A stretch of 41,126 bases of DNA, from UHGV virus genome UHGV-0087734; one strand, written 5' to 3'. The position numbers and the translations under genes are program-made. Positions 26,290 through 33,843 of this stretch are shown in pieces. The notes under the pieces are model-generated. The model worked only from the letters and a program-made list of their open reading frames with translations, ran no database searches and had not been told where the DNA came from. Positions within the stretch are counted from its first letter, which is position 1; each line of letters starts with the position of its first letter. This stretch comes from a virus.

Positions 26290-28025
26290 TCTTTTTCGAT
26301 ACAGAGGTGTTTGCGCAAGATTGGTTACTTGTAACATTCGACGGTAAAACATTTACGTACATTGAGAATGATAGGGAATTGTTGCAACAATATTATAACA
26401 AACACAAGCATGATTTATGGATCGGCTACAACTGCAAAGGATACGACCAGTATATTATTAAAGCAATTTTGTTGGGGATTAATCCAAAAATTGTCAATGA
26501 TTATATTATTAAAGGTGGTCATCCGGGTTGGTCATTTACAAATAAGTTTAAATCTATAAATTTGAATATATACGATTGCATGGTATTTGGTAAATCACTA
26601 AAGCAACTCGAATCATATATGGGTGTTAACATTCATGAAACAGATGTTGACTTCGACTTGACTCGATCACTAACTGATGATGAACGTCGATTGAATCGTG
26701 AGTATTGTCATGATGATGTGTATAACACTGCTTTGGTGTTCCAACAAACGAAACAAGATTTTGAAGCACATTATGGATTATGTCAACTTGCAGGTGAACC
26801 ATTATCAAGCATGTCAAAAACGAAAGCACAATTAGGTGCGAAAATCCTAAAAGCTAAACGATTGACATCAGACGAATGGGATCAGGAATTCGAATTTGAA
26901 TATGTACAATGTGTGAAAGACTATTCATATAAACACGATGATGTAGTTAAGTTTTTTGACAGCATTCGCGAATCGAAAGATCCGACAGCAAGTTATGAAA
27001 TTGACTTATATGGAACACCACATATTTTTGCACTAGGTGGTTTACATGGTGCGATACCAAATTATTTATGGTCGAACGATAATGATTCAAAAATGGTACA
27101 TGCTGACGTTGGCTCAATGTATCCATCAATTATGATTGAGTGGGATTTGTTATCACGTGGTGTTCCAGATCCTAAATTGTATATTGATGTTCGTGAAAAA
27201 CGATTACAATTTAAAAAGGCAAAAGATCCTAGACAGTTACCATTGAAGCTTGTTCTCAATTCTGTATATGGTCAAAGTGGTGCAGGCAAATGTGTTGACG
27301 GTAAATATAAAGTATTATCTGACTTGTATGATCCTCGACGTATGCGTGAAGTATGCATTAATGGTCAATTAATGATTTTGCAGTTGATTGAAGATGTCTG
27401 CGAAATGTTACCTAGGACACAACTTGTGCAGTCAAATACTGATGGCGTTGTATTTAAAGTACATAACAACGATTGGGATCAATTTGACAAAATCGTAAAA
27501 ACGTGGGAAAAGCGTACTCGACTTAATATGGAATATGATTATACAAATGCTATTTATCAACGTGATGTAAATAATTACATCGCAATATTTGATGATGGTA
27601 AAATCGAGCGTAAAGGTGGATCAGTTAAAGAAGCAAAGGTCATCGATAATGATCTTCCAATAGTATCTGATGCAGTTGTTGAATATTTTGTAAATGGTGT
27701 TGATCCTGCTGAGTATATATCTAAAGAATCAGATATGATGCGATTCATGAAAACGTACAAGCTTTCAGGCAAATATGATCATGCATTATATAATGATGAA
27801 GTACTAACAGATAAAGTATATCGAGTATTCGCATCAAGAAGTCGCAAAGACGGGATTCTATATAAATGCAAGCAGGATAAAAACCCAGAAAAATTTGCAT
27901 CTTGCCCAGATCATTGTAGGATCGTAAATGGTAACATTCAAAACATGAAAACACCAAAATGGCTAGATAAAATTTGGTATGTAGCCGAGGCGTGGAAACG
28001 CATAAACTCTTTTAAAGGTGAGTAA
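26286..28025 (+). CDS. DNA polymerase, family B
   Basis: Exonuclease FDTE and GYN..YD; polymerase motifs DVGSMYPS, KLVLNSVYG and NTDG. Confidence 0.92.
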   Translation: MIFFDTEVFAQDWLLVTFDGKTFTYIENDRELLQQYYNKHKHDLWIGYNCKGYDQYIIKAILLGINPKIVNDYIIKGGHPGWSFTNKFKSINLNIYDCMVFGKSLKQLESYMGVNIHETDVDFDLTRSLTDDERRLNREYCHDDVYNTALVFQQTKQDFEAHYGLCQLAGEPLSSMSKTKAQLGAKILKAKRLTSDEWDQEFEFEYVQCVKDYSYKHDDVVKFFDSIRESKDPTASYEIDLYGTPHIFALGGLHGAIPNYLWSNDNDSKMVHADVGSMYPSIMIEWDLLSRGVPDPKLYIDVREKRLQFKKAKDPRQLPLKLVLNSVYGQSGAGKCVDGKYKVLSDLYDPRRMREVCINGQLMILQLIEDVCEMLPRTQLVQSNTDGVVFKVHNNDWDQFDKIVKTWEKRTRLNMEYDYTNAIYQRDVNNYIAIFDDGKIERKGGSVKEAKVIDNDLPIVSDAVVEYFVNGVDPAEYISKESDMMRFMKTYKLSGKYDHALYNDEVLTDKVYRVFASRSRKDGILYKCKQDKNPEKFASCPDHCRIVNGNIQNMKTPKWLDKIWYVAEAWKRINSFKGE

Positions 28026-28026
28026 A

Positions 28027-28120
28027 TACAGTATATAGTATACTGAGAAATTTTATAGAGCTATATATGGTACATACAATATATAGCTGTTGCAACAGTT
28101 AACGTATACAATAGGAGGTA
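28027..28120. promoter_or_regulatory. Four-box NrdR-box-like array 3 (no terminator; last box merged with the dut RBS)
   Basis: Boxes at 28027 TACAGTATATAGTA, 28059 AGCTATATATGGTA, 28075 TACAATATATAGCT, 28107 TACAATAGGAGGTA; spacers 18/2/18. Confidence 0.78.
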
Positions 28121-28123
28121 TAT

Positions 28124-28543
28124 ATGAAAATTAAAGTATTAAATAACAATTGTATCCCATATCGTGCACATGAATATGACGCAGGTCTTGATTTAAAAGC
28201 AAATAAAGACGTAACAATCTGGCCGGGACAAAATAAGCAAATTGGTTTGGGTGTATGTGTTGAAATTCCTAAGGGATATGTTGGATTAATTTGTCCAAGA
28301 TCCTCAATGGGTGTTAAAACAATGTTGCGACCTAGTATTGTTGTAGGTGTTATCGATAGTGGTTATACTGGAGAAGTACATCAACCATTGACAAATCATG
28401 GTTTTAAACCTGTACGCATTAAAGAAGGTGAACGTATTTGTCAGCTTGTTGTTGTTCCATGTTTAACACCTGAATTAGAGTTTGTTGACGAATTAGAAAA
28501 TACAGAGCGCGGTGCTGGTGCATTTGGTAGCACTGGCAAGTAA
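28124..28543 (+). CDS. dut: dUTPase (trimeric)
   Basis: AGLDL, PRSS, GVIDSGYTGE, RICQL and RGAGAFGSTG motifs. Confidence 0.97.
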   Translation: MKIKVLNNNCIPYRAHEYDAGLDLKANKDVTIWPGQNKQIGLGVCVEIPKGYVGLICPRSSMGVKTMLRPSIVVGVIDSGYTGEVHQPLTNHGFKPVRIKEGERICQLVVVPCLTPELEFVDELENTERGAGAFGSTGK

Positions 28544-28544
28544 A

Positions 28545-28638
28545 TACAATATATAGTATATTAGAGTTTTTAGTCCAGCAGTATATAGTATATACAATAT
28601 ATAGCTGGACTAATTTTGTCGAGATACAACATACTGTA
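28545..28638. promoter_or_regulatory. Four-box NrdR-box-like array 4 (with hairpin)
   Basis: Boxes at 28545 TACAATATATAGTA, 28577 AGCAGTATATAGTA, 28593 TACAATATATAGCT, 28625 TACAACATACTGTA; spacers 18/2/18. Confidence 0.8.
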
Positions 28639-28675
28639 TATATTAAAATTTCATGAGGACATACTTAAGACATCA

Positions 28676-28764
28676 CACAGCAAAATTTTGAAAAGTGCGA
28701 TGGTTGACACATTGTTACATAAAGTCATAATGCATACACAATCAATGCGTAAGAAGCATTTTAC
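28676..28764 (+). repeat. 89-bp direct repeat, copy 1
   Basis: Matches 33078-33166 with 2 mismatches. Confidence 0.9.
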
Positions 28765-28812
28765 ATTGTTGTTAGATCTGGTATAATAATAAATGTAAGG
28801 GGGATAACCCTA
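28760..28812 (+). promoter_or_regulatory. Repeated promoter cassette
   Basis: TTTACA..TGGTATAATAATAAATGTAAGGGGGATAACCCT. Confidence 0.75.
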
Positions 28813-28844
28813 CAGAGTGATTATAAAAAGTGAGGTACTAAAAA

Positions 28845-28961
28845 ATGACTAACGAACAAAGAGCAAAAGCATTAACAACTGAAGCATTATACGAAGCATT
28901 AAAAATGACAAACAATGAAGAAATTAAACAAATAATTTTAAATGAATTAGCTACACGCTAG
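28845..28961 (+). CDS. Small hypothetical protein (38 aa)
   Basis: GAGGT RBS; MTNEQRAKALTTEALYEALKMTNNEEIKQIILNELATR. Confidence 0.65.
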   Translation: MTNEQRAKALTTEALYEALKMTNNEEIKQIILNELATR

Positions 28962-28970
28962 GAGGTAATT

Positions 28971-29123
28971 ATGTTGTATTATGTAGTACTTAATAATATG
29001 TGTATTGGTATATATAACAGTATTGAAGATGTAAATTGTTTATTAGCACGTAATAAACTCACAGTTATTAAACTTGAGCAAAAACGAGAATTTGAAACAA
29101 TCGTTGAAGTAGCACATTTTTAG
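28971..29123 (+). CDS. Small hypothetical protein (50 aa)
   Basis: AGGAGG RBS; MLYYVVLNNMCIGIYNSIEDV... Confidence 0.65.
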   Translation: MLYYVVLNNMCIGIYNSIEDVNCLLARNKLTVIKLEQKREFETIVEVAHF

Positions 29124-29133
29124 GAGGTGGAAA

Positions 29134-29769
29134 ATGGAGACGATCGATATAACTGGTCAAAAGTTTTGTAGGTTAACTGCGTTATATAGGCTACATGATT
29201 ATCACAAAAAACAGACTTATTGGTTATGTGTTTGTGATTGTGGTAATTTAAAAGAGGTTTATTTAGGTAATTTAAGAAATGGAAAGGTAAAATCATGTGG
29301 GTGTTTACATGATACACAGGCTATAACACATGGTAAAACTAGTACGAGATTGTATAAAATATATACAAATATGAAAGCAAGGTGTTATAATAAAAAGACT
29401 AGTTATTACAAAAATTATGGTGCTCGAGGTATTAAAGTATGTGATGAATGGCTCACAAACTTTATTAACTTCTATGATTGGGCAAACGATAATGGTTATC
29501 AAGACGGTTTAACGATTAATAGGATTGATAATAACGGAAATTATAAACCTGACAATTGTGAATGGGTTGATATGAAAACACAGCAAAGACATAAAAGAAA
29601 CAACAAAACATACACTATCAATGGTGAAACACATTGCTTGAAAGAATGGTGTGAGATCCTAAATCTCAATTATGATAATGTGTGGGCTAGAATTAATAGA
29701 TATAATTGGAGCATTGAAACAGCTTTAGAACTGGAGGACAAACATGACATTCATAACAACGATTGCTAA
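29134..29769 (+). CDS. HNH-type homing endonuclease-like protein, copy 3
   Basis: CVCDCGN, SCGC, TINRID (D to N relative to paralogs) and ETHCLKEWCE. Confidence 0.8.
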   Translation: METIDITGQKFCRLTALYRLHDYHKKQTYWLCVCDCGNLKEVYLGNLRNGKVKSCGCLHDTQAITHGKTSTRLYKIYTNMKARCYNKKTSYYKNYGARGIKVCDEWLTNFINFYDWANDNGYQDGLTINRIDNNGNYKPDNCEWVDMKTQQRHKRNNKTYTINGETHCLKEWCEILNLNYDNVWARINRYNWSIETALELEDKHDIHNNDC

Positions 29770-30106
29770 TCAACTTAATAAACCTACATCTACTATTTTA
29801 AATTTATGTAATGAGTATCAAATCGAAGTACATTACGATCAAGATGGTGAATGGATCTATGACGATCAAGCTGAAAAGTTGTTGCAACAAGAATTAGAAA
29901 AACCAACACGTTATAATTTCAGAGGGATCGAATGTACTGCACTTCAACGTTATATGATTGGTGATAAAGCAATGCAAACGTTCTGGTTAGGCAATATCAT
30001 CAAATATTTATATAGAAGACAAAGCGTGGGTGATCTAAAGAAAGCACGTACATATTTAGATTTTTGGATTAAAGAAGTGGAGGAAAATAATGAAGATATT
30101 CAGTAA
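29744..30106 (+). CDS. DUF3310 (T7 gp1.7 nucleotide kinase/SaV-like) domain protein
   Basis: C-terminal FWLGNIIKYLYRR..GDLKKARTYL motif. Confidence 0.7.
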   Translation: MTFITTIANQLNKPTSTILNLCNEYQIEVHYDQDGEWIYDDQAEKLLQQELEKPTRYNFRGIECTALQRYMIGDKAMQTFWLGNIIKYLYRRQSVGDLKKARTYLDFWIKEVEENNEDIQ

Positions 30107-31043
30107 TTACACAAAAATGGTACGAGCTGCAATTCAATATGGTGTAAATCGTGCTGGTACAAAATCATTAGGCAATCAAATGTTTACATTTAAAATTCCA
30201 AAGAAGTATGCTGGATTATTGGTGTTCCCTAAAACTCGGCTTGGTCTTAAAACATATACATCATATGCACTGGCAGAAGCTGCTTGGTATATGTCGCGAT
30301 CTCGTTGCGTAAACTGGATTAGTAAATATGGGCCAATTTGGAATGACATGAAGGATCCTGACGGATTAGTTAATAGTAATTATGGTTATCAATTATATAC
30401 TAATAATGATCTGACACGTAAGCTCGAACTCAATAAACCGGTATATTATAATATTATCAACTATGAAAATAGTGTGAGCATCTATGATGTACCTTGTAAT
30501 AATTTCGTAGTTGCTGAGCTCAAGAATGATGGTTTGCATATGTACTCATTAGCGCGTAGTATTGATCTGATTTATGGTTTGCCATTTGATATGATTGCAT
30601 TACAAGCATTTGGATATAAATTGTTGCAACAACAAAATATTAATTCACACGTTAGCAATGTTACATTTGAAATTATTGACGCACATGTGTATGATAGCAT
30701 GATCCCGAAATTAGATGTATCATATACGTCTAACCAATTTGCCGGGATCAGATTTAAAGATACAGATTATTACGAACATCAAGAAAATTATCGCAATATT
30801 GACTATCGTGAATATGCAAAGGAAATTGTACAATACGATGTTGATATTGATGAGCAAATTGACTTCGATACACTTGATTATTTTGATGTGAAAGAACGAC
30901 CTTATAAAGCCGAAAATTCATATCTGCATAATAATTTATATTCTAATCCTCATAATCGCAAGGATATTAAACTTGTAGATGAAAATACAATTATGTATAA
31001 TACGATTGGATTTAGAACTTTGATTTATAAGAAGGAGAAATAA
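30090..31043 (+). CDS. Thymidylate-synthase-fold enzyme, dCMP hydroxymethylase-like
   Basis: AEAAWY, IW..NSNYG, catalytic DVPC, RSIDLIYGLPFD (Asp at the base-specificity position) and HVY motifs. Confidence 0.75.
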   Translation: MKIFSNYTKMVRAAIQYGVNRAGTKSLGNQMFTFKIPKKYAGLLVFPKTRLGLKTYTSYALAEAAWYMSRSRCVNWISKYGPIWNDMKDPDGLVNSNYGYQLYTNNDLTRKLELNKPVYYNIINYENSVSIYDVPCNNFVVAELKNDGLHMYSLARSIDLIYGLPFDMIALQAFGYKLLQQQNINSHVSNVTFEIIDAHVYDSMIPKLDVSYTSNQFAGIRFKDTDYYEHQENYRNIDYREYAKEIVQYDVDIDEQIDFDTLDYFDVKERPYKAENSYLHNNLYSNPHNRKDIKLVDENTIMYNTIGFRTLIYKKEK

Positions 31044-31044
31044 C

Positions 31045-31392
31045 ATGTTTGATAAATGTTCATTCATCAATTCAGTTGGAGAATATGCATACGACTGCGA
31101 CAATCGATATGATATATTGTTACGTGATGATATTTGCGACAATGCAATTGAGATCACTACACAATATGGTAAAATTGTAGTATCCGGGGATACACTTGTT
31201 GCAACAAATAGAGGTATTTGGAAGCGTGCTGATACATTATGCGTAGGTGATTGTTTAAAACATTACTTGATGAATAGTAGTGTCGTAACAGGTATTACAT
31301 TAATTGAGGATCCTGTTTATATGTTTAAACTTGTCGATTGTATGAATGGATACCTAGCAATTGAGGGGCTTTACGTATCTGCTGACATGTGA
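31045..31392 (+). CDS. Stand-alone degenerate Hint (intein-like) domain protein
   Basis: IEITT.YG.IVVSGDT...T.RG.WKRA..L.VGD.L and C-terminal V..I...VY...V....Y.A..G.YV pattern; AAGGAG RBS. Confidence 0.6.
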   Translation: MFDKCSFINSVGEYAYDCDNRYDILLRDDICDNAIEITTQYGKIVVSGDTLVATNRGIWKRADTLCVGDCLKHYLMNSSVVTGITLIEDPVYMFKLVDCMNGYLAIEGLYVSADM

Positions 31393-31398
31393 TATAAT
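31370..31398 (+). promoter_or_regulatory. Promoter
   Basis: TTTACG-17-TATAAT with extended TG. Confidence 0.55.
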
Positions 31399-31423
31399 AA
31401 TATAGTAAAGGAGGTGATATATA

Positions 31424-31627
31424 ATGATGAACACAATTAAATTGTTTTTCTGGAATGTGTTTTTGACTGAGAACACAATTCGCACAATTTGTGCATTGTT
31501 TAAATTGAATGATGTCGACAGCAAAAACATTGCAACCGGTATTGTGTCTATTAAAAACTATCTTGATAGTAAAGATAAACAATATATTAAGATTGCGATT
31601 CACTCTTTTGAACAGCTAATTAAATAA
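31424..31627 (+). CDS. Hypothetical protein
   Basis: AAGGAGGTGA RBS; has its own promoter and terminator. Confidence 0.7.
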   Translation: MMNTIKLFFWNVFLTENTIRTICALFKLNDVDSKNIATGIVSIKNYLDSKDKQYIKIAIHSFEQLIK

Positions 31628-31670
31628 GGCTAGGTGATCCATTATCTCCGGTTATCATGGTTAGATAACA

Positions 31671-31704
31671 TTGAGGGTAGTATGTAAACTACCCTCATTT
31701 TTTT
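31671..31704 (+). terminator. Intrinsic terminator
   Basis: TGAGGGTAGT/ACTACCCTCA stem plus T7. Confidence 0.8.
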
Positions 31705-31705
31705 G

Positions 31706-31734
31706 TTTACATTTATCATAATGTGTGGTATAAT
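31706..31734 (+). promoter_or_regulatory. Promoter (HNH-holin unit)
   Basis: TTTACA-17-TATAAT with extended TG. Confidence 0.7.
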
Positions 31735-31750
31735 GTAATTAAAAAGGAGA

Positions 31751-32392
31751 TTGACGATGAGCAAATTTAAAGATATATCAGGTCAAAAATTTGGTAGGTT
31801 AACAGCATTATATAAATTAAATAATTATCATGATAAAAAACATACAAAATGGCTTTGTATTTGCGAATGTGGTAATTTGAAAGAAGCTAATTATGATCAC
31901 TTGCGAAATAATAAAACAAAGTCGTGTGGATGTTATCGAAAAGAAAAAACAAAAGAGTTACACAGTAAACCTAGTAAATGTTATACAAGGTTATATAAAA
32001 CTTGGCAAAATATGAAAGATCGTTGTTACAACAAAAATAAAGATTCATATAAAAATTATGGATCACATGGAATTGTTGTTTGCGATGAATGGAAACACGA
32101 TTTTATGAACTTCTATAATTGGGCTATGGATAATGGTTACAAAGAAAATCTAACCATTGATAGAATTGATCCTAATGGTAATTATGAACCAAACAACTGC
32201 AGATGGTTGACAATTGAGGATCAGCAAAGAAACAGACGAAACAATATAAATTTTACGCACAACGGTGAAACACATTGCTTGACAGAATGGTGCGAGATTT
32301 TAGATTTAAAATATAGCACAGTACAACGAAGAAGACACAAACAACATCTATCAATTGAAAAAGCGTTAGGATTGGAGGTGAAAAATCCATGA
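31751..32392 (+). CDS. HNH-type homing endonuclease-like protein, copy 4
   Basis: CICECGN, SCGC and TIDRIDPNGNYEPNNCRW motifs. Confidence 0.8.
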   Translation: MTMSKFKDISGQKFGRLTALYKLNNYHDKKHTKWLCICECGNLKEANYDHLRNNKTKSCGCYRKEKTKELHSKPSKCYTRLYKTWQNMKDRCYNKNKDSYKNYGSHGIVVCDEWKHDFMNFYNWAMDNGYKENLTIDRIDPNGNYEPNNCRWLTIEDQQRNRRNNINFTHNGETHCLTEWCEILDLKYSTVQRRRHKQHLSIEKALGLEVKNP

Positions 32393-32805
32393 ATAACGTA
32401 GAACATTGTCAAGTGGGGATCACAGTTATGTTATCATTTTTGAGTTATTGCTTTGGGGTAAATCCTGCATTAGAGTTTTTAGTTTGGTGTGTGGTTTTAG
32501 ATCTCGTAATTGGAATTTTAGCTAGTTTTATAAATCCTAAATTATGCTTTAATTCTCGTAGAATGTTTAAAGGTATTACTAAGAAAATTGTGTTATTTAG
32601 TATGGTTGCTTTTTCTCATCAACTAGATCAATTAATGCATACAGAAATTATTTGTATGACAACAACATATTTTTTTATTGTTAATGAAGGATTTAGTGTT
32701 TTAGAAAATTGTGGTAAAGCTGGTATTAAATTACCTAAAATACTTGAAAATAGTTTACAGCAAGTAAAGGAGTTGAGTGATATTGATAAAAACAAGCGAC
32801 ATTAA
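32389..32805 (+). CDS. Holin (Phage_holin_4_1-like)
   Basis: TM segments; D...GI, NSRRMFKGITKK and NEGFSVLENCGKAGIKLP motifs. Confidence 0.88.
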   Translation: MNNVEHCQVGITVMLSFLSYCFGVNPALEFLVWCVVLDLVIGILASFINPKLCFNSRRMFKGITKKIVLFSMVAFSHQLDQLMHTEIICMTTTYFFIVNEGFSVLENCGKAGIKLPKILENSLQQVKELSDIDKNKRH

Positions 32806-32944
32806 AAATGTGCTTATTACGATAGGTTTGATATGTACAAATATATGTATCTCATCTGCACCTCAATTAGTTAAATGGTATTTATCGCTATATGTAATTT
32901 ATCTTGTGGCAATATGGTTGCATGATGAAAGTGAAGATAAATAA
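32777..32944 (+). CDS. Small membrane protein (55 aa) after holin
   Basis: AAGGAG RBS; two short hydrophobic segments (VLITIGLICTNICI, WYLSLYVIYLVAIWL). Confidence 0.5.
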   Translation: MILIKTSDIKNVLITIGLICTNICISSAPQLVKWYLSLYVIYLVAIWLHDESEDK

Positions 32945-32946
32945 TA

Positions 32947-33040
32947 TACAATATATTGTATGTGAGACGTTAACGTCCAGCTAGATATGGTATTATACTA
33001 TATGTAGCTGGGCGTTTTTATTTAGATACAGTATATAGTA
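32947..33040. promoter_or_regulatory. Four-box NrdR-box-like array 5 (with terminator hairpin)
   Basis: Boxes at 32947 TACAATATATTGTA, 32979 AGCTAGATATGGTA, 32996 TACTATATGTAGCT, 33027 TACAGTATATAGTA; spacers 18/3/17. Confidence 0.8.
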
Positions 33041-33077
33041 TATATTAAAATTTGAGAGGGACGCATGTATGATCACG

Positions 33078-33166
33078 CACAGCAAAATTTTGAAAAGTGC
33101 GATGGTTGACGTATTGTTACATAAAGTCATAATGCATACACAATCAATGCGTAAGAAGCATTTTAC
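33078..33166 (+). repeat. 89-bp direct repeat, copy 2
   Basis: Matches 28676-28764 with 2 mismatches. Confidence 0.9.
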
Positions 33167-33220
33167 TTCGTTATATACTTATGGTATTATAATAAATGTA
33201 AGGGGGATATACCTCTTAAG
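33162..33220 (+). promoter_or_regulatory. Repeated promoter cassette
   Basis: TTTACT-17-TATTAT; ATAATAAATGTAAGGGGGATATACCTCTTA. Confidence 0.7.
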
Positions 33221-33244
33221 TGTGATTAATAAGGAGATACAAAA

Positions 33245-33394
33245 ATGACTAAACAACAATTACAAGCAGCTTTAAAAAATCAATATATCGTAGTAGGTAC
33301 AACAATCGAAAATAAAATTGGTGATACAATTATCGCAGCTAGAACTATCGAGGATCTTGCTACTAAAGCAATTGTTTGGGGGTTGATGAAATAA
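33245..33394 (+). CDS. Small hypothetical protein (49 aa)
   Basis: AAGGAG RBS; MTKQQLQAALKNQYIVVG... Confidence 0.65.
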   Translation: MTKQQLQAALKNQYIVVGTTIENKIGDTIIAARTIEDLATKAIVWGLMK

Positions 33395-33759
33395 TGTTTA
33401 TTGAAACTAACGCAAATCCATATAATAAACATATTGATGATTGTGTCATTAGAGCTATAACATTAGCGACTGGCAACGATTATTTTGATGTTATGGACGA
33501 TTTAATTTACATAGCCGATGAACATGGTTGGGATATTGATGATGTATCAACAATGTGGAATTATTTATATAGTATAGGTTGGAAACCTAAATATCCAAAG
33601 AAAAACTTTACAGTAAAAAAATATTCACAAGAACATCTTGAACCAAGTATATTACTTGTGAATGGACATGCAACATTCACTAAAGATGGTAATGTCTATG
33701 ATACATGGAATTGTAATAGATATAGAGTAAAATGGATATTCCAAAAAAGCAATTCATAA
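33394..33759 (+). CDS. Phage protein with DCVIRAI..H..D motif (possible Cys-peptidase fold)
   Basis: NANP..DCVIRAI, NGHAT and YDTWN; TAATG coupling. Confidence 0.6.
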   Translation: MFIETNANPYNKHIDDCVIRAITLATGNDYFDVMDDLIYIADEHGWDIDDVSTMWNYLYSIGWKPKYPKKNFTVKKYSQEHLEPSILLVNGHATFTKDGNVYDTWNCNRYRVKWIFQKSNS

Positions 33760-33774
33760 ATGTGAATTAAGCAT

Positions 33775-33817
33775 TGTACAAATTGTTGCAACAGGTGTAT
33801 TATAATAAATGTAAGGT
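33775..33817 (+). promoter_or_regulatory. Repeated promoter cassette with TGTTGCAACA
   Basis: TGTACA-17-TATTAT; palindrome at 33784-33793; ATAATAAATGTAAGG core. Confidence 0.7.
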
Positions 33818-33843
33818 GATTATATTACTAGGAGGTAATTATT

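Noticed and set aside
30090..31043. Plain thyA annotation
   Set aside because: Asp replaces the dUMP-specifying Asn and the N-terminal motifs are gp42-like, so no thyA symbol was assigned.
31045..31392. Active intein or split-intein partner for a neighbouring gene
   Set aside because: Splicing residues are missing, there is no extein, and I see no complementary intein fragment on polymerase, terminase or helicase.
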